Source: a virus. From it: DNA of 25,841 bases. The notes beneath the pieces were generated by a model, which did not search any database, was not told where the DNA came from, and worked only from the letters and a program-made list of their open reading frames with translations. Both the position numbers and the translations under genes were made by a program. Where the stretch lies: the IMG/VR virus record IMGVR_UViG_3300027513_000010; one strand, given 5' to 3'. This document shows, in pieces, positions 16,552 through 23,573 of the stretch. Position 1 is the stretch's first letter. Each line of letters opens with the position of its first letter.

Positions 16552-16595
16552 TGTCTGAGGCTGTTTCCGAGTCGCCTCACCCTACCAGCCCGAAG

Positions 16596-16739
16596 TCAGC
16601 GCCGGTCGTTTACCCGCTGATCTTGTTGCTCTCTTTGCTGCTTGTTGATTCGTCGGCCCACGAGCACGGCCAAGAGCACGAACATCACCAAGAGGGTGAT
16701 GGTGACACCGACCAACATGCCTTGCGCGAACTCACTCAC
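16596..16739 (-). CDS. small single-pass membrane protein (47 aa)
   Basis: GTG 16739 overlapping the upstream gene end; GMLVGVTITLLVMFVLLAVLVGRR. Confidence 0.65.
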   Translation of the reverse strand: MSEFAQGMLVGVTITLLVMFVLLAVLVGRRINKQQREQQDQRVNDRR

Positions 16740-16929
16740 TAAGACGCTCTTGCAAGGCTTCGTAAATGGAATCCATCTCAGCTTCGGTGGCAATGAGATG
16801 AATGGTTGGCCCACCGCCACCGCCCCGAGTGGCCTTGACTCGTACCTTGGCTGTGGGCACAAGCTCCATGAAGGTGTCTGCGATCTTCACCCCGGCGCTG
16901 CCGTACCGAACCATTACCTCGTCAGCCAT
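16732..16929 (-). CDS. hypothetical protein
   Basis: 65-aa ORF with GAGGGAG RBS and overlaps at both ends. Confidence 0.7.
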   Translation of the reverse strand: MADEVMVRYGSAGVKIADTFMELVPTAKVRVKATRGGGGGPTIHLIATEAEMDSIYEALQERLSE

Positions 16930-17137
16930 CAGTCTCCCTCTCTTCCTTGGTGTGCAGATACGGACAAGTCGCTGGCTGGCAATTGCCGAGCCGATGTTCC
17001 TTGAACCGATCTATCCGAGTGCGCCCGAGCAGGCGGCTCACAGTCTCGTCGTAGCGCTGCGCTGCTTCGGCTACTGCCGGGTTGGTGCGCTCCAATTCCT
17101 CAAGTTCCTCGGTGAGTGTCCTCTTGCGATTTACCAT
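16922..17137 (-). CDS. hypothetical protein (71 aa) with C-terminal H..C...C...H
   Basis: ATG 17137 overlaps the end of an upstream micro-ORF. Confidence 0.6.
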   Translation of the reverse strand: MVNRKRTLTEELEELERTNPAVAEAAQRYDETVSRLLGRTRIDRFKEHRLGNCQPATCPYLHTKEERETDG

Positions 17138-17220
17138 TTGCGGCGTATCCAAGCCACTAGAGCCGTCCAGTAAACCCAGGTGACGACGCTGACCCTCTTG
17201 GCGAGTGTTGGCCTGCTCAT
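17131..17220 (-). CDS. 29-aa Trp-rich membrane micropeptide MSRPTLAKRVSVVTWVYWTALVAWIRRKW
   Basis: Not in the ORF track. ATG directly follows the transglycosylase stop and its end overlaps the next ATG. Confidence 0.5.
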   Translation of the reverse strand: MSRPTLAKRVSVVTWVYWTALVAWIRRKW

Positions 17221-17829
17221 TTACAATCCCCGACATTCGCCCCGATTGTATGGACTCCAAGCTGTCCAGCCCTGTATGTCCTTGATCCTGGCGGCGGCGT
17301 AGAGGTTCTTCTCGGGGATCATCAAGTCGTTCACTGACATTCCGAAGTCATTGGCCCATCCTGGCATGACTTGCATCAGACCGGAGGCTCCGCTCGGGTT
17401 TTTCGCAGTGGGATTTCCCGCGCTCTCTCGCTCCATGAGGCAGAGGGCGGTCTCGACATCACCAGGGGCGAAGTGTCCGGCCACCAGCGGACGCCACTCT
17501 TCGACCGAGTCCATCCAAATCTCGCCCGCCGCTGCTTGGGACACTTCCCCGGTCGCTGACGCTATCGCCGCTGTAGTGGTCGGGCTGCAATCGCCGGTGA
17601 AGTGGCAGGAATGGCGGGATTCAAAATCCTGTCTTTCAAAATTCAGAACCGCCAGCCGCTCGATGGCGCTCGATGTGAGCACGTCGGTTTCCTGAATGTC
17701 TTGGTAGACCTTCTCAACTCGGGCTTCCCAACTCGACTCCCACTCTTGAATCTCTTCGTGGTCGTGAGCTTGGGCGGTCAGGGGTATCAGGATCAATGCA
17801 GCGGCCAGGGCCAGTCTTATCTTGGTCAT
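17221..17829 (-). CDS. secreted SLT-family lytic transglycosylase
   Basis: Signal peptide MTKIRLALAAALILIPLTAQA; RESAGNPTAKN (catalytic ES), ASGLMQV, N...A, W.AW; AGAGGA RBS. Confidence 0.85.
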   Translation of the reverse strand: MTKIRLALAAALILIPLTAQAHDHEEIQEWESSWEARVEKVYQDIQETDVLTSSAIERLAVLNFERQDFESRHSCHFTGDCSPTTTAAIASATGEVSQAAAGEIWMDSVEEWRPLVAGHFAPGDVETALCLMERESAGNPTAKNPSGASGLMQVMPGWANDFGMSVNDLMIPEKNLYAAARIKDIQGWTAWSPYNRGECRGL

Positions 17830-17852
17830 GTTGTCCTCTTGTTGGGTTGGTG

Positions 17853-18077
17853 TCAGAAGCGAGAGGGGAAGTTCGACTTGCCGTTCGATCTACGACCGCG
17901 AACCGGCTTCCCGCTCTCAGTCCACATGCTCAGATATTCAACTCGGGTCAAGCCCTCGATGTCCTCTGGCAATGCGCCTTCGCCGGACTCATGTTGCCCA
18001 CGGAGCTTCTCTGATTCCCAATTCACCACGACCCCACCTTGGTACAAGTAGGGCGCGTTGATTCGGAAACGGGTCAA
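17853..18077 (-). CDS. hypothetical protein
   Basis: TTG 18077 overlapping the upstream stop; fills the gap. Confidence 0.45.
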   Translation of the reverse strand: MTRFRINAPYLYQGGVVVNWESEKLRGQHESGEGALPEDIEGLTRVEYLSMWTESGKPVRGRRSNGKSNFPSRF

Positions 18078-18457
18078 TTCCACGGCCACTGAAAACGCCG
18101 TACGAAGGAAGGCTGTCGGGTGGCTATCTCGCCGGTGAGAAGAGCGGCCTGGCTTTCCTCGGGCAGACCGAGAACGAGCCGGTTGATGCCGTCCCACTCC
18201 GGCCACTCTTTGTAATCAACGCCCCGCTCGGCAAGTTGCTGCGACACCACTTGGGCCATCTCACTGAGGTAGCCCTCGTGGTCGGCGTAGATATGCTCGT
18301 CGTTCTGCTCGTAGATTTCCCGCACGACCTCGTCGTTGCGGCCAGCCCAATAGCCGGAGTAGTACGCGTGCCGGGCTGTCTTGCGCTGCATGATGAACAT
18401 GGACGCGACGAGTGCGATAAGCACCAGCGACATGACGATGTCAAGAGTCTCGGTCAT
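18074..18457 (-). CDS. membrane-anchored hypothetical protein
   Basis: N-terminal TM helix followed by RK and Y..GY..GR; ATGA overlap. Confidence 0.75.
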   Translation of the reverse strand: MTETLDIVMSLVLIALVASMFIMQRKTARHAYYSGYWAGRNDEVVREIYEQNDEHIYADHEGYLSEMAQVVSQQLAERGVDYKEWPEWDGINRLVLGLPEESQAALLTGEIATRQPSFVRRFQWPWN

Positions 18458-18858
18458 TCCTCTTCGTTCGCTCCCACTCCAAGGACGGCTCCAAGCTCGT
18501 CCATCACCCCTTGCACTCGCTCTAGGTCGGATGGCGACATCACCCTTAGCGAGAAGAACATAGGGTAGCCATTGACCGACCGCGGGCCTGCCTTATCCAA
18601 GTGCTCGTAGATCAGTCCGACCGGGGCAGCATCCTCAATCCCACCGGGGAGAACGACATCGATCACGGACTCCTGATATTGCTCGGGTGTCATCATCGAC
18701 AAGACGGGGAACACCATCGTTATGTCTCGGGGATCGAGAAGTTGCCGGTCGGTGAACACCGTCCCGGCCATGATGCCGAGAGCAAGCTCCCGTACCTCGG
18801 GATCAGTCAGTGACACGTAGCTCAAAGTAAAATCCTCGGGTCGTTGTTCGGAGGGCAT
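18454..18858 (-). CDS. conserved hypothetical phage protein (YE...KAGPR.VNGYPMF)
   Basis: 134-aa ORF; start uncertain because there is no adjacent SD and it lies in a hairpin. Confidence 0.7.
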   Translation of the reverse strand: MPSEQRPEDFTLSYVSLTDPEVRELALGIMAGTVFTDRQLLDPRDITMVFPVLSMMTPEQYQESVIDVVLPGGIEDAAPVGLIYEHLDKAGPRSVNGYPMFFSLRVMSPSDLERVQGVMDELGAVLGVGANEEE

Positions 18859-18923
18859 CGGCGTAGAACCGAATGTTTGGGACTATCGCTTCTCCTATCA
18901 CCGCTGCCCTCCAAGCAACGACC
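18839..18923. repeat. 23-bp imperfect inverted repeat (long RNA hairpin)
   Basis: 18839-18861 ggtcgttgttcggagggcatcgg matches the reverse complement of 18901-18923 (ggtcgttgcttggagggcagcgg) at 20/23 positions; 39-nt spacer. Confidence 0.8.
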
Positions 18924-18937
18924 ATTTTCAGTTGGGT

Positions 18938-19189
18938 TCATTTTCTTCCTCGTGCTTCATGCTCTCTGAATCTGGCAAACTCGGCGGCGCTCCATGAAGT
19001 GAGATGCCAGAGTCCGCACGTCTTGCATTGGTAGGGCCGGAGGTTCAGTTGCTTCCTCCCTTTCGCCCATTTCTTAGCCCGATCCCTGGTATTGAAAACA
19101 CGCTTGCCGCATGTAGCCGAGATAGCCGGACGGGTTTGTTGATTGTCGGTTGAGGGCCGTGGTGAGTGGCTCCCCGCGCTCTTCGTCAT
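18938..19189 (-). CDS. small Zn-finger protein (CGK..F......Y.C..CG.WHLTS)
   Basis: Motif common in actinophage small genes; ATGA overlap. Confidence 0.75.
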   Translation of the reverse strand: MTKSAGSHSPRPSTDNQQTRPAISATCGKRVFNTRDRAKKWAKGRKQLNLRPYQCKTCGLWHLTSWSAAEFARFREHEARGRK

Positions 19190-19368
19190 GCGGCCACCAC
19201 CAATTTGATGATGTCGTCAATGTCGGATTCAAAAATTCTGCCGTTGCGCTCTTCGTTCCATGACGAGCAACAAGGCTGACTGCTTGGGCCGTCGTAGGTG
19301 CAGTGGCCCTTCCAAGGCATGTCGAGTCGTTCGATGATCGACTCACGCAAGGCCGTCATATCGATCAT
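19186..19368 (-). CDS. hypothetical protein (60 aa)
   Basis: ATG 19368 overlaps the upstream stop; contains HC...CC. Confidence 0.6.
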   Translation of the reverse strand: MIDMTALRESIIERLDMPWKGHCTYDGPSSQPCCSSWNEERNGRIFESDIDDIIKLVVAA

Positions 19369-19661
19369 GCGGCTTGTCGCTCCCCGGTACGGGCGGATCG
19401 GAACTTGTTGTGCACGTCTTTGACGCCCTTGAGTAAATCCTCGTAGTCGCTGTAACTGAGTTGGGCGACCCACGACCCGGCATTGTCGAGTGAGCGCTTT
19501 GCCAGAGCATGATGATTCTCGGCTTCGATTAGATCGCTGCACTCGGAGCACGCCGCCCATGCCCCGAGTGACCCGCTGACTTCGTCATAGACGAAGCTCT
19601 TGGCCGGGTAAGCCCAAGCGACTTCCGACGAGCCGCAAAAATCACACTTCGGTTCCTTCAC
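19365..19661 (-). CDS. Zn-binding protein (CDFC....W.AC..C..LIE)
   Basis: Two CxxC pairs; GTGA overlap. Confidence 0.75.
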   Translation of the reverse strand: MKEPKCDFCGSSEVAWAYPAKSFVYDEVSGSLGAWAACSECSDLIEAENHHALAKRSLDNAGSWVAQLSYSDYEDLLKGVKDVHNKFRSARTGERQAA

Positions 19662-20314
19662 AGCAACCGGCCCTCGACTCTGATGCTGATGAGCCAGGCA
19701 ACGCCGTTCTCATCGACGGCAACCCGGCTCCCGTCCTGTGCTCGGGCCACCACGTTCAGTCCGGCATCGATGAGGAAGTCGTCGGGAACCTTGTCACCGA
19801 TCCCATCAAGCTCGACTCCCTCGACGTTGGCTCGGTAGACGTATCGACCCGCTCCGACTCGGACGAGACCGGGTTCCTTGCTCACGAGGTTGCTGATTGC
19901 CTGACTGATCTGGCGGATGGAGAACGTGCTCTCGGGGTCGAGCAGTTTTTGAATATCCCGGCTGGTGAGTTCCTGGCCTGGATGCGATGTGAAAACCGTT
20001 CTCACTATGTCAACGTGAGAGTTGCTTCTCTTCGACTCCCGGTGCACGTCGCCCATGTCCTTGTCGAGATTGTCTGGCTGGTAGGAATACACGCCCTGTG
20101 AGATGCGGACGATGCCGGTCGTTTCCCGGTTGTTTCGCAGATACGAGAGAGCGGTTGAGGCCTGGCTCGCGTTGATAGCTCCGTCCATTGAATCAACGAT
20201 GTCCTTGGCGGTGACTTCCACCTTGCCGGTGTTGAGCAGAGCGACCCGAACGGCCTCGGTGAAAGACCCGTTGTCGTTGTCCTCGATGTCCTCGATGTGT
20301 CCAATCACAGTCAT
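19658..20314 (-). CDS. tandem winged-helix DNA-binding protein
   Basis: Two internal repeats, VR.......E.T..DI.......Q.S.A.S.L.....G.VR...G.Y.Y; AGGAG RBS. Confidence 0.7.
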   Translation of the reverse strand: MTVIGHIEDIEDNDNGSFTEAVRVALLNTGKVEVTAKDIVDSMDGAINASQASTALSYLRNNRETTGIVRISQGVYSYQPDNLDKDMGDVHRESKRSNSHVDIVRTVFTSHPGQELTSRDIQKLLDPESTFSIRQISQAISNLVSKEPGLVRVGAGRYVYRANVEGVELDGIGDKVPDDFLIDAGLNVVARAQDGSRVAVDENGVAWLISIRVEGRLL

Positions 20315-20685
20315 GTGCTTCTCCTGAATAGCTCTTCGTGTAAAAGCTCTCGATGGTTATGAGCGCCTTCCACCTTGTACCCGTCCTGATACCGATATTG
20401 TCGGGACACCATCCGATAGCTGTAGGTGTCCCTCCCATACCCGACCACGCAAAGATCGATCCGCTCGGTGTGACACCGCTGGCAGATCAGAACACGGACT
20501 GCGTCGGGATGCCAGGGATGGTGAAGCGCTCGGGATTTCAAATCCTGATCGTTCGACTTTGCCACCGGCCCAACGTAGCTCGGCATCCAAGCGTGACCGA
20601 TAGTGCGGCATTCCAAATACTCCCGATTGAGTTTGTGAATCCCGGTTGTGATCTGCTCGACGCTTGGCTCGATCCGCTCAGTCAT
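20311..20685 (-). CDS. Zn-binding actinophage protein (CR..GH.W....L.C.RC.T.R....Y.Y..GY)
   Basis: Recognisable motif; ATG 20685 coupled to an upstream micro-ORF. Confidence 0.75.
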   Translation of the reverse strand: MTERIEPSVEQITTGIHKLNREYLECRTIGHAWMPSYVGPVAKSNDQDLKSRALHHPWHPDAVRVLICQRCHTERIDLCVVGYGRDTYSYRMVSRQYRYQDGYKVEGAHNHRELLHEELFRRST

Positions 20686-20821
20686 GGTCGGCCCATCTGA
20701 GGTCTGGAAGGTCGGGCGAAGCTGAGAAGAGTCGATCAGCATGTAGCTGGCAGAGGGGAAGCACGTCACCCAATACCGCTACGGCGGGCGCGTGTTCGCA
20801 TTGGCTCAAAGCACAATTCAT
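20678..20821 (-). CDS. 47-aa putative Zn-binding microprotein (C....C......LC..H)
   Basis: Not in the ORF track. MNCALSQCEHAPAVAVLGDVLPLCQLHADR...; ATGA overlap upstream and 8-nt overlap downstream. Confidence 0.6.
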   Translation of the reverse strand: MNCALSQCEHAPAVAVLGDVLPLCQLHADRLFSASPDLPDLRWADHD

Positions 20822-21051
20822 TTCTTGTCCAGGCCTTCTCTCGGTCTTGTCTTGCGTGGCAATTTACCACCGCCTGCAATCACGGCAACGGCATTCTTCG
20901 GCTTACGGCGACAAGGCTCCAACGGATGGTCACGAGTCGGCTCCCCGCAGTTGTGGCAGAGGGTGATTCCTAGACCCTTGAAGTCGTGGTCGCCGTAAGT
21001 CTCCGAGCGCTCAGAGCGCCGGTCGGGACGACCTTCGGAACGTCGGCTCAT
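20818..21051 (-). CDS. small basic Zn-binding protein (CHNC.....H....C)
   Basis: TAATG overlap with the VWA gene stop. Confidence 0.65.
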   Translation of the reverse strand: MSRRSEGRPDRRSERSETYGDHDFKGLGITLCHNCGEPTRDHPLEPCRRKPKNAVAVIAGGGKLPRKTRPREGLDKK

Positions 21052-23075
21052 TACGAACCCCATCCGCTTCCCCGCTTTGAGGCGAAGGCCTTGTCAACCG
21101 CTTTTGAAATCACTCGTACCAACTCCATCGGCAGAGACTCGGCGTTGTGGTGGTGCCTGTCGATCCTGATTGCCTCAACGTTCGGTATCGCATGGTCGGC
21201 TTGATCGACCCAAATGATGGCGACCCCGGCCTTGTGCATTCGCTCCATCCAGGCCGCTCGCTTCTCTGGCTCAAAGGCGTTCACAAGCTCGTTGTCTGAA
21301 ATCACGATCAGCACCTTGGCTCCTGGCGCAGTAGTCAGACCAAGCGCTCCATCCAGAGCGGCCATTGCGATGTCGAATTCCTCGACCCCGCCATTGGCTT
21401 GACGCTCCCGAACCTCGGTCGGAATCTCGTCGGGGTTCAAGACCGATTCGACAAACGTTCCGAAGGTGACGGCTGCGGTCTTAGCGTGAATCCGGTGACC
21501 CGCTTTGCCCACGATGTAGGCAGCGGTGGCGACCATGCTCTGCGCCCAAGACATCGACCCCGAGGTATCGGTTGCGATGCCCACTATGACCGGAGCGCCA
21601 AGCCCATGCTTCCGCTTTTTGTCGATCCAGGGCTTGGCCGTGCTCATGCGACCCTGCGCTCGTTCGGCAGATCGCCTCACCGCTTCCCGGCTCTTGAGTC
21701 GTCCGGTGGGCTGCTCAGAGAGCACCCGCGCTGAGGTAATGGTCGGAACCGTCAGAGTCTCAAAGTGCTGTGCCAGCTTGTTCGATGCCGCAACCTCATG
21801 GGGAGTCGGCTTGCGGACTTTCCACTGAGCGCCCTCGTAGCTCTGCCTCTTTTCAAAAACCTTCGACACTGCTTCCCGAGGGTTGGTGGTCTCGATTTCG
21901 ACCCGCTCCCAATCCACTTCCTCGACCAGCTTGGTCACGGCCTTGCGGAATGCCGGGATGCCGTCAGCGGTGGCGGATGAGGACTCACCCTTAACCTCGA
22001 TTACCGGCAATTCATCGGCATCAACGAATTCACTTTCGTCGGATTCGCCGTCGCTACTCTCACCGTCAGTGGGTTCGCCGGGAGCATCGCTTTCGCCTTC
22101 CCCGCCATCTCCGTCGCCGTCGCCGCCGCCCTCACCCTCTTCGCCATCTTCCTTGTCGGCATCCTCGGTCTTGCCCTTGGTACCGACTTCGCCCTTGGCC
22201 TTTTCCTTGACATGATGGGAGCAACCGCCTTCGTCACCCTCAGTATCTTCGCTGGTGATTCCGGCAGTCTCATTCCATTCCTTGGCAAGTTCGACCAGCC
22301 GTTCAAAATCACGGTCGGCATCGACTGCCATCGCCTCGTCATAGATGTCGGTCAGATCATCGATTAGATCGTCACCGAAATGAGACCGCATGACATTGTC
22401 AATGGGCGAGAATTCCAGGGCGCTCAGAGTCCCGGCGTTGGCCCGACCCTTGATAAGTGCCCAGGCCTGCAATGCCTGTCCAACCGAAACCATGTCGGCT
22501 TTTGAAAGCTCATCGAAAAGCAGTCGTCCGACTGCCCTCAGATATTCCTTCGTTCTGAATTTGGGGAAGTGCGGGTTCCGCTCATCGATAGCCCGCTTCT
22601 CAACTCGGCCTTCCTCAAAGATGGTCAGAGTGTGAATGATGGGCAGAGTTGTCCTGAATTTGGTACCGGCCCAAGTTGACCAACGAGCGTGCGCCGCCTC
22701 GTGAATGAGGACACCGAGAACCTCCCGTCTGATCTTGTTGTGAGCCTTGGTGCCGCCAGCGGTCATTGACCGTCCCGAGTAGCGAACCCAACTGTCACCG
22801 TCGAGGATGGCCTTCGCCAGATCGCTCACGTCAAGGTCAGGATGGAGTCTCAGAAACTCGCCAACGTGGAACGTGATGTCGGCCTCACCCGGCGTGTACC
22901 AGGCCATCGCCGGGGCGGGCTTCACGGTATCCCAACTGACCTTCGCCAGAACACCGTCCCGTTTCAGGCCCATCTCCCTCAGCATCTCATTTAAGACTCG
23001 CTGAAATTCGACCTTGGTGCTCATCAGAACCGAGATGTCGGGGTAGGCGTTCTTAACCGGAGCGATGGTGGTCAT
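21051..23075 (-). CDS. metallopeptidase-VWA domain protein (CobT/CbbO/NorD-like partner of AAA+ ATPase)
   Basis: LIHEAAH plus EE.RVE N-terminal zincin, Gly/Glu/Asp-rich linker, MIDAS DTSGSM, LIVISD. Confidence 0.85.
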   Translation of the reverse strand: MTTIAPVKNAYPDISVLMSTKVEFQRVLNEMLREMGLKRDGVLAKVSWDTVKPAPAMAWYTPGEADITFHVGEFLRLHPDLDVSDLAKAILDGDSWVRYSGRSMTAGGTKAHNKIRREVLGVLIHEAAHARWSTWAGTKFRTTLPIIHTLTIFEEGRVEKRAIDERNPHFPKFRTKEYLRAVGRLLFDELSKADMVSVGQALQAWALIKGRANAGTLSALEFSPIDNVMRSHFGDDLIDDLTDIYDEAMAVDADRDFERLVELAKEWNETAGITSEDTEGDEGGCSHHVKEKAKGEVGTKGKTEDADKEDGEEGEGGGDGDGDGGEGESDAPGEPTDGESSDGESDESEFVDADELPVIEVKGESSSATADGIPAFRKAVTKLVEEVDWERVEIETTNPREAVSKVFEKRQSYEGAQWKVRKPTPHEVAASNKLAQHFETLTVPTITSARVLSEQPTGRLKSREAVRRSAERAQGRMSTAKPWIDKKRKHGLGAPVIVGIATDTSGSMSWAQSMVATAAYIVGKAGHRIHAKTAAVTFGTFVESVLNPDEIPTEVRERQANGGVEEFDIAMAALDGALGLTTAPGAKVLIVISDNELVNAFEPEKRAAWMERMHKAGVAIIWVDQADHAIPNVEAIRIDRHHHNAESLPMELVRVISKAVDKAFASKRGSGWGS

Positions 23076-23509
23076 TCCGGTACCCAAGTCTCGTCGTCAA
23101 TCTTGCCGAACAGTCGGTTGTTCCGAGTGCCGCCGTCGTAGCGAGCGGACGGCTTCTGGCCGTTGTTGATCGACTCGATGTCAGACTCGGTCAACTGCAC
23201 CAGGGTTGGCACGCCTCGCACCACTGCTCCGATACTGTCGGACTCGGACTTGGCGAGCAGAGTACGGACTTGCTCTCGGGCGGCAGCGTGGTCGGCGTAC
23301 TGCAATCCCGACCAACGGGCTTTCTTGGAACCCTTGGCTCGCTGGTAGACGTAGACGTTGTTCCCGGTGAGGAACACTTGCACTTGGCTGTGCAGTTTCA
23401 TGGACTCCCGGTAGAACCGGAGGTACTCGATATGAAGCCCGTAGGCATCGATGCCGTCATGCCGATCTATGCGGTCGGTCTTGACGATCTTGGCGGTAGG
23501 TGTGGTCAT
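23072..23509 (-). CDS. hypothetical protein between AAA+ and VWA genes
   Basis: 145 aa, AGGAG RBS, own promoter, ATGA overlap with the VWA gene. Confidence 0.8.
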   Translation of the reverse strand: MTTPTAKIVKTDRIDRHDGIDAYGLHIEYLRFYRESMKLHSQVQVFLTGNNVYVYQRAKGSKKARWSGLQYADHAAAREQVRTLLAKSESDSIGAVVRGVPTLVQLTESDIESINNGQKPSARYDGGTRNNRLFGKIDDETWVPE

Positions 23510-23544
23510 AGGCGTTCTCCTATTTCTTGTCTGTGTCTGATCTG

Positions 23545-23573
23545 ATTATAGCAGGTCGTAATTGTTGTGTGTC
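23545..23573 (-). promoter_or_regulatory. extended -10 promoter TGcTATAAT with CAATTAC box
   Basis: -10 at 23545-23550, TG at 23552-23553, CAATTAC at 23558-23564, poor -35. Confidence 0.7.

Noticed and set aside
18822-18941. 39-codon minus-strand ORF (MNPTENGRC...) across the hairpin
   Set aside because: No protein-like features and the region is better explained by RNA structure, although a leader-peptide role cannot be excluded.
22040-22200. Repetitive tcgcc/ccgtcg sequence
   Set aside because: Explained by Gly/Asp/Glu codons of the VWA protein linker; not a DNA repeat array.
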